Positions 33,241 to 45,337 of a stretch of 64,000 nucleotides of DNA are shown piece after piece (the first letter of the stretch is position 1; the number at the start of each line of letters is the position of its first letter). This DNA is from Naegleria gruberi (taxonomy: Eukaryota), in the NCBI GenBank assembly GCA_000004985.1, contig GG738856.1; one strand, written 5' to 3'. Under the pieces are notes generated by a model. It had not been told where the DNA came from. It was given only the letters and a program-made list of their open reading frames with translations, and searched no databases. The translations under genes and the position numbers were made by a program.

Positions 33241-34141
33241 TTATTTTCTCTTTTTTTTAGGAAGTACAATCTCCTGTTTCTCTGAAGAACCTTGCATGAA
33301 TGTTGTTTCACTTCTCTTGATTGCTACTTTTTGAGAATTGAGGTATTTTTCATGATCGTATTGTTTTACAAAATCTGCAATTTCTGAGCTTCCTTTTTTG
33401 CAAGCATAATCTTCAACTGATACTCCATACTTATAATTTCAACATTTCAAAACTGTTGTTTCAAAAACTTACACCGTTCATACTATCTTTTGAAATTTTC
33501 CCTGATTGAAGTAATGCCTTTACCATTTCTATATTTCTTTTATCGATAGCAACATGAAGAGCTGTCTATTTGAAAATTAAAATTCATTCAATTTGAAAAA
33601 ACTTACAGCATCTTTGTCCCAACCCAATCTAGAAATATCTGCTCCTCCATTTAATAAAACTTTGACAACCTCGATATGTCCATCTGAAATAGCTCTCATA
33701 ATTGGTGTCTTTAATAATTAATTCGACAACTCATTTTCAACTTACATGCTAAATTCTCTATTAATTCCAAAATAAATTCATTACAATCCAACTTACTCCA
33801 TAAATACTCTTTGGATCATGTTGATTAATATCTACTCTATTCGTACTGATACATCTCTTCACCTCATTTACATCTCCAATTCGGCATGCAGTCATTAATG
33901 ATCTCAACAATTCAGTTTCACTCTCCAAATATTCTTCCTCTTCGTCCTCCAACACTTCATCCTCTCCATCATCAATATTTTCGGAATTTTCATTTTCCTC
34001 ATCACTTAATTCAATTATATTTTCATCACCATCCTCATTGGTATTATTTGAAAGAGAATTTAATAGTAGTAAATCATTGGCAATTTCCGAATCTTGCAGA
34101 GTAAAGGATGATATATTATTCACTGTTTTATTTTCGCTCAT
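33241..34141 (-). CDS. Small ankyrin-repeat protein with an acidic Asp/Glu-rich N-terminal region, four exons
   Basis: Exon 1 reads 'MSENKTVNN...LMTACRIGDVNEVKRCISTNRVDINQHDPKSIYG', then GTAAGT. Exon 2 reads 'TPIMRAISDGHIEVVKVLLNGGADISRLGWDKDA'. Exon 3 reads 'TALHVAIDKRNIEMVKALLQSGKISKDSMNG'. Exon 4 runs to a TAA at 33241. All introns are GTAAGT...AG, 40-90 nt. Confidence 0.75.
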
Positions 34142-34186
34142 TTTTTTTGTTTTGGAAATTAAAAACTTTGTAATCATCAAAATAAA

Positions 34187-37100
34187 TTAATATTGTAAAA
34201 GTTGAGGAATTTCATCCACAACCTTCTTGTCTCCTCCTCGTTTGGTTAATGATTTGAATTGGTTGGTATAGTATTTACATTTCTCTTCATTATTCATATT
34301 TAGTTTGGCTAATTCATAGTAAGCTGATGAACAGTTTGGATCCACATGAATTGCTTGTTTAAAATCCATTTCTGCTGATTGAAGATTATTCATATCCAAA
34401 TAGGTGTTGGCTCTCAATATGTAACATGTTGTGTTGAGTGGATCGAGAGTTATGCATTGAGTGAAATCAATAATTGCCTTCTCCTTTTGTAAGAGAACAT
34501 TCTTGTAGAGGAGAGCTCTACTGTGAATGGCAAAGTAAAATCCTTCTGATATTTCAATACATTTAGTGTAGCATTCTTCTGCCTTTTCTGGATTTTCTGA
34601 CTTGTACAGGGAGGCCATGTTGTACCATGCCTTGTAACAGTTTGGATCCAGAGAAAGGCACTTGTTGTAATCCTCAATAGCAAGTGTTAGGTATTCTTTG
34701 GCTTTGTCCTTTGTTTCAGGCCTATCATCAAGAGCTAAATATTTACAGGCATAAATATTACCTCTCATAAAGTAGGACGCATGAGATTTCTTTTCTGCCT
34801 TCTTGACAGATTCTGAGAGAATCTTCTCTGCATCATCTGGTCTATCTAGGTCAAGATAGAGCGTTGCCAATTGAATGTAGGCATTATAATATTCGAGATC
34901 GAGACGCTGGGACATCTTTTGGAATCCATAGGGATCATGCAGAGATGGGTTGATTTGAATAGACTTGAGCAAGTCTCGTTCTGCCAATTTATACAATTGC
35001 TCATCTTGATGATGGACATATTCCAAAATTGATCTGATAAATTCTTGCTTTTCCTTTTCTACCTCATTTTCACTATCTTCAATGGACTTGGATGATTTGG
35101 CAGTAGATATGGAACTGTTATCATTACCAAGTCTATAATTCAAAACTAGAGTTTCAGAACGAATATTAATTGAAATCTTTCCATTTCTTGGATAGAATAA
35201 CACTCTCTCGTTTTCTTTAACTCCATCAATGATTTTCCTGATAGATCCTAAATTTCTTATCATTGCAAAATTGTTGGCTACTTTAGAATTGGCATCTCCA
35301 AGACAGGTGTAAAGATCAGTAATCGAAGCTATATCAATACCTGAGAATACTGCAAAATTTTTCTTGTAATAGAATTGTGCCAATCCTGATTCTTTCACAG
35401 TTCCAATCTTTTCCTCTTGTGTTGACTTTCCAAATAAAAGATGGTACTTGAATTTATACATCCAGAGTACTCCTCTCAATAAATAGGCATCTGCACAGTA
35501 TTGGTTCATTTCTATTAATTTCATTAAATCTTTAAACGCAAAATTAGCATATTTGGCGTATCTGATCTCGTCTCCTCTCTTTTCCAGTATTGAGTTGGCA
35601 GCTGTTAAATATAGAAGAGATCTAAACAGGTACGAGCTAACATTGCTGTACTGTGGATTCAACTTGATACTCTTGGTATAATCTGATACAGCGTTAACCA
35701 TATCACCTACTCTAGGATTATGATAGAAAAGACCTCTAAAGAAAAATGCTTTGAAATCCTTTGGCGATTCTCTTATGAGTATGTGATAAAATTCTTCTGA
35801 AATATCCTTTCTTTGATTGTATGATTTTGGTGTACCTGGTTTGAAATCTTTAAGAGAAACTGTTGAGCAGAGAATTTTCAAAAAGTTCTCAAATCTTTGT
35901 CCGTATTTAAATGGTTTTTCGACTGAAACCTTTTCCTTTGTTACATTTCTAATCTTTGCCTTGAGTGATTGCATACCACTCTTCACTACCTTTTCAACTT
36001 GTTTTCTACTGTTATACCTTTGAAGAATATCAATAATTCCCAAAAAATAAATTTCCTTTCCATCAAGAGAAGAGCAGTAATTTTTCTGTCTTCCACTAAA
36101 TGATGTATCGTCTGGTTGTGGTAATCTGAACTTTGAAACCATTCTATTTTCCTCGGATGACCTTTGTTCATGATTATGAATACCTAAGAGAAGTGAGTAA
36201 TCCATAATGTCATTCTCCTGCAGGAATATAATATCATTTTCGAGTCTTCTATAAAAGTTTTGTTTTAGAGTAAGGTTAAGTTTGACATCTCCCTGATTGA
36301 TATCCTTATCTTTTAGAATTGGTGATTTTTTCTTTCGTTCACTCTCACTAGCCACTCTTCCAGCAGTACTTCCTTTCAAATCGTACTTTCTATGTATCGT
36401 CAGTGGTGTGAAAAAGACATTATTCATTACTATAAATCTGTACTTTGTTTGTTTCAGCGTAATTTCAAAAAGTAAGTAGAAATTACTGAGTAGAGTATAG
36501 GGATTCTTTTGTACATGTTTGTGATAGTTTGGTAGCATTTCCAGAGCTGTTGCTAATTCTTCTTCAGTTACGGATTTCAGCAGATATCCAGTTGATTTTG
36601 TAATAAAGAAAAATGCACCAGATTTACCTGGAGTTCCCACTCGGGAGTAATTTCCTGTATGACATCCCATTTGTTTTTTAAAATCAAATTCTGAAACTTT
36701 GAATAATTTTCTATTGAATATTTCAATATCTAAATTATTCGAAACTTTGAATACTTACCTTAAATGTTGGAAAACAGAGGGGCAAAATACTTTAAACTCA
36801 GCTCCAATATCTCTAAATATATAAACCTCATCAGTTGAGTACTCGCTTTCTAAGTCTTTAATTTCTTGATCATCTTCATCCAAGCTGATTTTGTGAATAA
36901 GACGATCAGTTCCTCTATTAATAATTTTCATAATCTCGTAATCTTTATCAGAGCTATTGACTTCCTCTCCAAGTTTGTTCTGTGAATTTTCAATCAATTC
37001 CTGCATGTTTGTCATGTACATGTCTGTTTTGTTTTCCTTTTTCAGCAGTGAATTTAATCGTTTCCTAAACTCTAGAGAGTTTCCTCTACTTGCTCTACTT

Positions 37101-37657
37101 GTTTTCTGTTCATCTGTTCGGGAAGTTTCCGTAAATCTATCTGTAACAAATGATGTTGAATCAAATCGATCCATCCTAGTTGTTTGTTGTAAATTGATTT
37201 TAGGAACCTTGACAGCATTCTTTTTTTTCTGAGCTTCCTGTGAATCATCGTCCACCAAGTTGGCTTGTGAATCAGACATGGGTATAGAATCATAATCATT
37301 CCACTCTTCATCCTCTTCATCTATTTCAGATCCACTTTCGTCATAACAAGTTAATAAATCCTCATTAAAACTTTCACCAGCTTGTGATGATATTTCAGAT
37401 TGGACTAGAGCTGTTGTTGTTGATGGTGGTGGGAGAGGGTCAACAAGAGACCTTGGAGTTGTTCTCTCATTCGAAACTCCATCCAAAATAATCTCACCAA
37501 TATTAGTTTCGGAAGCTGATGATCTTCTCTTGTTGGAATTTTCACTCGAACATAGTGAATCTGAACTGGACGAACCTCCTTCTGCTTTCTTTGAATGTTG
37601 ATATCGTCTCTTCCTATCCGTTATTAAATTTGACGTAAGACTTTTGTCACTAATCAT
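34187..37657 (-). CDS. Phosphatidylinositol-phosphate kinase (PIPK catalytic domain) fused to a C-terminal TPR-repeat region. Two exons: join(37657..36759, 36710..34187).
   Basis: Exon 1 ends 'EVYIFRDIGAEFKVFCPSVFQHL', then AG|GTAAGT. The 48-nt intron ends CAATAG. Exon 2 reads 'RKLFKVSEFDFKKQMGCHTGNYSRVGTPGKSGAFFFITKSTGYLLKSVTEEE...FIVMNNVFFTPLTIHRKYDLKGSTAGR', which is PIPK-like. The last ~350 aa contain at least 6 TPR-like units. Confidence 0.85.
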
Positions 37658-38347
37658 TATAATTTACAATTTCTTCCAATTATTACTATTTTACAAATGT
37701 ACATAAATCATAAACGCGACTAATATTCCATCAACAAGTATATCTATTAACAATTAATAATAATAATATTAAACCTATGGATGATCAACAAATAACAATA
37801 AAGATGATCTTTCTTATTAATGATGAAATATTCGCGAATATTAAACTACTAATACAAAAAAACACTGCAAGTAGACTTCTGATGTTGATGATTTATATAA
37901 ATTCTTAGCCAGAGAGTCTTTGTGTCGCTTCTTCTTTAGAGAAGACTAGAGTGAGAGGCTTTTGAATTTTTTCTTTCGGAAAGACAGCGCAGGATAAATC
38001 AAGATTGTTTTTTGACTTTTGGATACGGTTTGCAAATGAGCAAGATGAGAAGGTAATGGGAACAAGATAATAGATGAGGGTTGAAAGAGTTTTTTTGAGA
38101 TTTTGATCAACCATTGAGTTGATTGTTAAGATTGATGAAATTGTAATCAAGAAAATTGATCCGTGTGAATTGTTTATGATGAATATTAATTGTTCAATAT
38201 TATGGAATGAGTAGGAATGGATTGTAATTGGTGTCAAAATAACTGAATGAAAAAAAGTTGTCCATTCATTCACATGTTTTGTTCAAATATTCATCAAAAA
38301 AGAATTTGTTGCTTCCCGCTAAAATAAATTTTAAATTGAAAAAAAAA

Positions 38348-39883
38348 ATGTCTACTAGTAATAACCGTGCATCGCTATCAAATAACGATGAAGACGAATC
38401 GCCAACTAGACTCACCATCAAAGAATTGAAGAGCATTCTCACAGAACACGATGTTGAATTGCCTGCTCAAGATAAGAAAAGAGACTTCTATGTTGACCTT
38501 TATAACAAACACATCAAATCTAAAAAACGTAAAAATGATGAAGTAAATGATGAATTAAGTGATGATGAAAATGAACCAGAACAAAAGAAGGTCAAGTCAT
38601 CAACAGAAGAAGAACCTGCTGAATCTTCAACAACAACAACAACAACAACTGAAGAAATTTCACAACCTACTGTGGAGGAACCAAAAGTTGCAACACCAAT
38701 GGCCGAAGTTAAAGCCAAGGTTCAAAGAAAGACCAAATCATTTGCTCCAAGCTCTTTGGAAGCTGAAACCCCACAAGTTAAGGTTTCTGATGTAAGAAGA
38801 AGAACAGTCGGAAACAGAGATTTGCAATATAGACAAAGACCAGCCAGAAATGAGATCAATCAAGGATTATTGCAAACTCCTGTTAGCAGTAATAGAGCTC
38901 CACCACCAACCCCACTCTCACCAACTGATTCTACTTTGGTTCAAGATATTAGACCTTCTGAAATCGATCAAGAACAAAATACTCTCGGAAAAGTTTTGAC
39001 TAGCATTTTGATGGCATCTATTTGGGCTCTCTTCTTCTTCTGTGTTTATTTATTCTTGTTCGGACAAAGAGATCCACATTTACCATATGGTGGAAGATAT
39101 TGTCAATCCGAAGATGGTCTTTTGCAACTCAAGCCTCGTGATAATTGTTTGCCATGTCCTGAAAATGGTTATTGCTCTGATGGCAGACTTGTTTTGTGTC
39201 AAAAACCATACGTCATTAAGAATGCTGTTTGTGTAGAAGATAGTAGAATTACTTTGAATGCTCTTGAATTTATTACTGAACTTCAAAATGAACTTTCTTC
39301 CAAGTCTGGAAAATTCATTTGTGGAAGAGCTGAATCAAATTCAACATCTTTGGAAGATATTAAGGCTAAATTGACTGTTAAATTGGCTGGAAGTGGCGTT
39401 GCTGTTGAAGATGTTCTTGAACAAGTTACTAAACTCGTAAAGAGCTCTCCACAAAACTTCCAAATGAATATTGCTCCAGTTGAAGGATCTGATAAGGAAA
39501 TGATCTTCTCACTCAACCCAACTCTTCCATTCGACTGTAGAATCCAGAAGGCTACACAAGAAAATAAGGGTGTGATTATCACTATTTTGACTTTGGCAGT
39601 TGCCATTCTCATTGCAAACTTTTATAAGAATAAGGTTGAAAGAGAACAAAATGATGTAGAAGATCTCTTCCGTATCTCAATCACTAGAATTAGAGAAGAA
39701 GAAGAAATTATTGTTGAACAATTAAGAGATGAACTCAAGGAAAAGTATGGTCATGAAATTGATGTAGAAAAGTATTGGTCTCGTGTTGAAGATTTGCTTG
39801 CTTCTGACAGTCGTTTGTCTCAAATACCAAGCAATAGTGGAACTGCTTACCAATGGGCTGTTGCTACTGACGAACAAGAATAA
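38348..39883 (+). CDS. Inner-nuclear-membrane protein of the MAN1/Src1/Heh2 type. It has an N-terminal HeH/LEM-like domain, two transmembrane segments and a C-terminal domain.
   Basis: 'LTIKELKSILTEHDVELPAQDKKRDFYVDLYNKHI' is HeH/LEM-like. The hydrophobic segments are 'VLTSILMASIWALFFFCVYLFLFG' and 'VIITILTLAVAILIANFY'. A poly-Thr tract is encoded by (ACA)n. Confidence 0.8.
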   Translation: MSTSNNRASLSNNDEDESPTRLTIKELKSILTEHDVELPAQDKKRDFYVDLYNKHIKSKKRKNDEVNDELSDDENEPEQKKVKSSTEEEPAESSTTTTTTTEEISQPTVEEPKVATPMAEVKAKVQRKTKSFAPSSLEAETPQVKVSDVRRRTVGNRDLQYRQRPARNEINQGLLQTPVSSNRAPPPTPLSPTDSTLVQDIRPSEIDQEQNTLGKVLTSILMASIWALFFFCVYLFLFGQRDPHLPYGGRYCQSEDGLLQLKPRDNCLPCPENGYCSDGRLVLCQKPYVIKNAVCVEDSRITLNALEFITELQNELSSKSGKFICGRAESNSTSLEDIKAKLTVKLAGSGVAVEDVLEQVTKLVKSSPQNFQMNIAPVEGSDKEMIFSLNPTLPFDCRIQKATQENKGVIITILTLAVAILIANFYKNKVEREQNDVEDLFRISITRIREEEEIIVEQLRDELKEKYGHEIDVEKYWSRVEDLLASDSRLSQIPSNSGTAYQWAVATDEQE

Positions 39884-40071
39884 TTCACTAAATATTTATC
39901 ACAACCTAGGTTGTTAAACCTCTAGAATGATTAATTTATGTTGATTACAGTGAACATATAGTTGTTCACTCCAAATCATTGTATATTTCTAATAAATTTC
40001 ACTTAAAAATTATCTAATATTTGAAGCTGTGAGCTATTTGATGTACCTTACAAAGAGAGGTTGATTGACTG

Positions 40072-40677
40072 TTATTCTCTCCTTACTGCCTTGATGAATT
40101 TTTGTAATTGTTTTGCATTCTCAGTGAGCTTACCATCATTCTTGTACAACTTCTTCCATTGACTCCAACCTCCCTTCAAGAATTTAACTTTTGGAACAAT
40201 TAAATCTCTTTGAATGGGATTTTGATTTTCAGGTAGATTTGCTGTTTCTCTAATCAATATATCCTGAAACAATTTAGCAGCAGTTGGACCTCTCATTCTA
40301 CAATAATAACAATGAAAAACAACCAATTTAACCATCTCATCTTCACCAGAAACAATATTCTTTCCAATTCCAACATTTCCACCTTGAGTTCTCAATTGAG
40401 AAAGTAATTGTTTAGCAATAATGGATTTATCCTTTGTTCTAGCCTGCATAATTCTATCCCTATTATATTGAATAATAGAATTGACCAATTCTACAGCCTT
40501 CTCTTCATCAAAATATGGAATATTTGTTGATCCGATAATATTTCCTCCTTCAAAGTCGGCATCTCTAACATCAATGACTCTGACAGAATGTGGTGCCTCT
40601 TGTAGGAGTGCTGCAAGTTCAGTGGCTTGGATTTGTGGGATGCTAATATGAAGATCTTCTGAAGACATTTTTTTCAA
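40072..40677 (-). CDS. Rhodanese-fold Cdc25-like phosphatase / arsenate-reductase-type protein with a CX5R active site
   Basis: 'VVFHCYYCRMRGPTAAKLF' matches C-X5-R. 'VRVIDVRDADFEGGNIIGSTNIPY' is rhodanese-like. Confidence 0.8.
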   Translation of the reverse strand: MKKMSSEDLHISIPQIQATELAALLQEAPHSVRVIDVRDADFEGGNIIGSTNIPYFDEEKAVELVNSIIQYNRDRIMQARTKDKSIIAKQLLSQLRTQGGNVGIGKNIVSGEDEMVKLVVFHCYYCRMRGPTAAKLFQDILIRETANLPENQNPIQRDLIVPKVKFLKGGWSQWKKLYKNDGKLTENAKQLQKFIKAVRRE

Positions 40678-40863
40678 GTTTGAAATTGAAAATAATGTTT
40701 CTCTTGTAATCGATTTTTATTGGAAAGTAGAATAATGTTATATTTGGCAAACTCAATTTCGGTTTGCTTCGAGGTTACATTCCATTAATTTTTATTTTGT
40801 AATTTAAATATTTTTTGTAATTCTCTAGTATATTAATATTTAATATTTAATAATTTAAAAAAA

Positions 40864-43032
40864 AATGGATAAGAAACATTTGGTGCTGATGGGTCCGCCA
40901 GGTGCCGGAAAGACAACCACCAGGTTCGTATTAATATTAAGAATTTACCATCTTCATCACCATAATTATCGGAACAACTTTTGTTTGGATATTAAATTAT
41001 AATAATAATTTGATAATTTAGTAAATTATTGGGAAAATTATTGAACATACCAGTCTTTGATATTGATGATGATTTATTGGAGGTTGTATGGAATATGCCA
41101 GTCTCTGAAAAACTTTCTCAGGTTGGTGAGGAAGGCTTTATTCAAGCTGAAGGAAAAGCCTGTTTGGAATTGAGGATGGAATCATCGGAGCCTACATTGA
41201 TTGCTCTGAGTGGGAGTGTTCCTCTTCATAGGGATGCTATTGAGAATATTAGAAAACAGGGAGTGGTGATTTATTTGGATATTCCTTCGACGATTATTGA
41301 AAAGAGATTGCATGAAATGAAGGTGGATCGAATTGTTGGAATGAAGGAGGGACAGACATTGGCCGATTTGTTGGATTATAGAAAGACGTTTTATGAACAG
41401 TTTTTTGATGTGAGAGTGGCTTGTTCTGTGGCACAACCTGTTGAGGAGGTAGCTCAGAGAGTTGTTAATGCTTGGAATTTGTATAGGAATGTGAATGGAG
41501 AACAGGATTATGTTAGTACGAGAGGAGGTCTATTGGATGCTGGAGTTTCATTTTCACACGTTGTTACAAAGGGTTTGGCTTTGGATGGAGGTCTCTATGT
41601 TCCAAGAGTTTTGCAATCTTGTTCATTGAATGAGTTGGCATCTATGGCCTTGTTAAAATCATATCAGGATGTTGCATTGAGAGTTTTGGAAAAATTCCCA
41701 CTTGGAACAGAGTTAACCTCACAAGAATTAAGAAAGATGATTGACACTACTTATTCCACATTTTCACATCCAAGTGTTGTACCACTTTCTGAGAAAATCT
41801 CCCCTGAAAAACATCAATATCACATTGAATTATTCCATGGACCAACGGCAGCGTTTAAGGATGTTGCCCTTCAATTAGTTCCTAAACTATTTGTTCATGC
41901 CAAGAATCAATCAGAGGAATTGAAAAACTCAAAATTCTTAATACTTACCGCAACGAGTGGAGATACAGGAGTATCTACAATGGAAGGATATAAATCAGAG
42001 GCCGAAGCAGGTGTCTCAGTGCTTGTGTTGTATCCTCAGGGTGGTGTAAGTGAATTACAGGAGAGGCAAATGTTGTGCTCTCAAACTGAAAATATTCGAG
42101 CTGTTAGTGTGAAAGGAAATTTTGATACTTGTCAAACAATTGTAAAGGAAATTTTCTCTGATAGAGCGCTAGCAACAGAGTTGGAAAATACTTTTGGACT
42201 CAGACTTTCAAGTGCTAATTCAATTAATTGGGCAAGAATTATTCCTCAAGTTGTTTATTATGTGACAAGTTATTTGGAGCTTTACAAGAGGTCTGTAATC
42301 AAACTTACTGAACCCGTTGATATTGTTGTACCGAGTGGAAATTTTGGTAATTTACTTTCTGCGATATTTGCTTGGAAAATTGGATTGATTTATGTGAACA
42401 AGTTCATTTGTGCCTCAAATGAAAATTGTATATTAGCCGATTTTGTAAAAACAGGAATTTATGACATTAGGGAAAGAACTTTACAAAAGACTACATCTCC
42501 TTCAATAGATATACTAGTATCTAGTAATATTGAGAGACTCTTATATTTGATTTGTAATAATCCAACTCAGGTGGCTCAATACATGAAACAATTATCAGAG
42601 GAAAAGTGCTTTGAAGTCTCTCCAGAAATTAAGGAATTTTTACAAACCAAGTTTGATTCATGTACTGCTAGCGAGTCGCAAGTTGCCCAAACTATTAATT
42701 AGACTTTGAAGGAAAGCAAATTAATTATTGACACTCACACAGCCGTAGCTCAATATGCAGCCAACAAGTTTTACAATAGTCAAATACCAATGTTAATTGC
42801 ATCAACAGCACACTGGAGCAAATTCCCAATCAGTGTACTTCAAGGTATCAAACCTGAATTACAAATATCGGATCTTTCTTCAACATTTGGAGAATTGGGC
42901 AGTGTACTTGCTACAAACACCAAACCACACCCAAATATTTCTCAAATTTTAGAAAAGTCAGCTGTGCAATCTATTAATCTTATTGATAAGGATGAGGTGG
43001 TAATGTTTTTGAAACAATTAATACAGAAATAG
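40864..43032 (+). CDS. THNSL1-like gene: an N-terminal shikimate-kinase-like P-loop domain fused to a threonine-synthase-like PLP domain. Exon 1 is 40864..40922, the intron is 40923..41021, and exon 2 runs from 41022. The ORF is interrupted by an in-frame TAG at 42700-42702, so it may be a pseudogene or a sequencing error.
   Basis: Exon 1 reads 'MDKKHLVLMGPPGAGKTTT'. The intron starts AG|GTTCGT, ends TTTAG and is phase 2. Exon 2 reads 'SKLLGKLLNIPVFDIDDDLLE', which is shikimate-kinase-like. 'ELFHGPTAAFKDVALQ' and 'LTATSGDTGVS' are the threonine-synthase PLP motifs. Past the TAG the same frame continues with 'TLKESKLIIDTHTAVA...STAHWSKFP', which aligns to the ThrC C-terminus (HAAVA...GTAHPAKF). 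Confidence 0.8.
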
Positions 43033-43052
43033 ATTGCATTCAAATAGTTTTC

Positions 43053-44933
43053 TTAATTTTTATTTTCGAGTGAATGAAGTTCGACTCTAGATGAACTATT
43101 ACCATAAATATGCTTGTTGCTTTCTGTAACTGTGAAGCTGACATACTTGTCTACGTTTTTGTATTGGTAATATTCACCAATTAATGTCAAAAACTGTTCA
43201 TTAGCAATATAATTATCTAAAGGTTCCACTTTAACTTCCACTTGCTCTTCTTGTCTCTTATTTCTGTAAATATTTAACAATACCTTGGCATAATTTTCCT
43301 TAATTCTATTAAAATCGAATAATAATTGCAAAGGAATCCAACTAGTTCCAAATCTACTTCCCAATAAATATCCTAAAATAGCACCAATGGTGTCTGTATC
43401 GTAACCAAGGGTCACTGTTGATCTCAATAAAAGATTTGGGAAATTATTGAAAATGTCAGCAGAATCGTAGGAAGGTGTTGGTGTTTCAGGAGTTGATTTG
43501 TGGTAATGGAAGATAATTTCTGGATTTTCTGGTAGTAAAATACAAGCAATAGCATGCATACCAGCCAAGAGGCAGAAACCTTGATTAACGTGAGCTCTCA
43601 TATTCTTCTTTTCTGGTTTGTAAACTCTGGCAAGGTCACTAATCTTGTTTCTCAATTCTACCAACAATGTGTTTTCCTTTTCTGTAGCTCTCAAGGTCTT
43701 AATAATGACAAAGAGTTCTTGTAAAACTTCAGAGGCAGCATTGACTGATGGTAAGGTCTTGTAAATCTTCCATTTCAATTCATTTTCTGGAGTTTTGTTA
43801 ACTACTTGATTAGCATTAGGAACATAAGCTTTCTTCTTTGGTTTCTTTTCTTCTTTCTCTTGTTCTTCTCTTTCTGTTGTGATTCTAGAGTTATTCCACC
43901 ATTTATCTTCTGCCTTTTTAACTCTATCAGCCAAGTTATCTAAAATCCATTCAATAGCCCTCTCTTGACCCAATTTAAGGAACATGTAAGCACATAGAGA
44001 AGTAGCAAAACAAGTGGCAGCTCCTTCAATTGTGGCATGTGTTGTCAAATTTTGCTCGAATGAAAACTTTTCAATCATTTGAATTGCCTTTTCATCATCA
44101 CTTTCGTGGGAGAAGAGAGAAAATACAGCTGTAGCAATGGCACCTCTCATAATACCACCGATACCACTTGATGAAGAACCAGCTTCGTGAGCTGGAATAT
44201 TCTTTTTGAGATTTGTGAATGCTTTAGAACTGTTGGCTCCATAATCTCTAAATGCTTGAACTCCTCTACCAATTTCTTCAACTTGACCACTCTTCATTGG
44301 ATATTTACATGAACAAGTTTCAAATCCTCTCACAAGCCATTCACCCCAAATTTCACCAAAGTATTTTCCACTTGGATTCAACTCACAATATTGTACTATG
44401 GAATTAATCAAGGCCATTCCCTGTTGAGTATCGTCAGAGTGAATACCTGGGAATCTACATCTGGATAAGAATGATTCAAAAGGTGACTTTTTCCTCTTAT
44501 TCTTCTTTTCATCACTTTCGGTCGATAAAGTTTTCAATTTTGAACTGATTAAATCATCACTCGGAAATAGAAAATCAATTCCATCCTTTGTTATATTTTG
44601 CAATTTCAATGATCCATCATTTCTCTTTTCAATAATCGTTTTAAAATCGAATAATTTCAACATATTTTCATCACCAAATAATTCTTCAATTTCTTCTTGT
44701 CTCCAACCTTCCACTGGACAACCAATTACATCTCCCCAAGTAACTCCAAACAATGCACCCAACATTCTATCCTCCTCATCATTCAATTCCAAATCACTCA
44801 ACAAATTGCTTGATTCCAATTGTTCAAATTTTTCATTCGCAATTTCCTTGATCTTTTCCGAATGGAATAAAATCCCAATATGTTTAAGAAATTTGTTCTC
44901 TGATTTTTGATTGTTATTCTTGTTGTTGATCAT
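43053..44933 (-). CDS. ADP-ribosylglycohydrolase (ARH/DraG family) with internal insertions
   Basis: Signature blocks are present: 'GALFGVTWGDVIGCPVEGW', 'FPGIHSDDTQQG', 'GSSSSGIGGIMRGAIATAVF' and 'TVTLGYDTDTIGAILGYLLGSRFG'. Confidence 0.9.
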   Translation of the reverse strand: MINNKNNNQKSENKFLKHIGILFHSEKIKEIANEKFEQLESSNLLSDLELNDEEDRMLGALFGVTWGDVIGCPVEGWRQEEIEELFGDENMLKLFDFKTIIEKRNDGSLKLQNITKDGIDFLFPSDDLISSKLKTLSTESDEKKNKRKKSPFESFLSRCRFPGIHSDDTQQGMALINSIVQYCELNPSGKYFGEIWGEWLVRGFETCSCKYPMKSGQVEEIGRGVQAFRDYGANSSKAFTNLKKNIPAHEAGSSSSGIGGIMRGAIATAVFSLFSHESDDEKAIQMIEKFSFEQNLTTHATIEGAATCFATSLCAYMFLKLGQERAIEWILDNLADRVKKAEDKWWNNSRITTEREEQEKEEKKPKKKAYVPNANQVVNKTPENELKWKIYKTLPSVNAASEVLQELFVIIKTLRATEKENTLLVELRNKISDLARVYKPEKKNMRAHVNQGFCLLAGMHAIACILLPENPEIIFHYHKSTPETPTPSYDSADIFNNFPNLLLRSTVTLGYDTDTIGAILGYLLGSRFGTSWIPLQLLFDFNRIKENYAKVLLNIYRNKRQEEQVEVKVEPLDNYIANEQFLTLIGEYYQYKNVDKYVSFTVTESNKHIYGNSSSRVELHSLENKN

Positions 44934-45337
44934 CTTATTTTACAAGTGTGCGGATCAGAGGCTTTGATTTTGTCGCTTTTTTTTTTGAAAAGTTCATTGA
45001 AAAGTTTGGCGGGAAAGTTTTTAAGCAAATTCGATTTCAAAGTTGAAATTGAAATTTTCATGCAATTCAATTCGAAGGAAAAGTTGAAAGTAGTTAATTG
45101 AATTTGAAAGAACGGAAGTGAAATTCCGTGTGTGTTTTGTAAACTGAAGAGATGGTTTCATGAAATTCAAATTCGAATAGTTTTTTTAGTCCAGTAACTA
45201 TCGTTTCTGTCTAACTCATCTGGCATTTCAATAGATTGAAAGGCTTCTTTTCCACTAAGAATTCAGATTATGGCTAAAGCCAAGAAAAAGCAATTAAGGT
45301 CCAGTGCTATCATATTTCATTTATTATGATCAATGTT

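Noticed and set aside
37905-38273. 122-aa minus-strand ORF between the PIPK and MAN1-like genes
   Set aside because: It lies in a divergent promoter region and overlaps the 5' region of the plus-strand gene. It is hydrophobic and low-complexity with no motif, so probably not coding.
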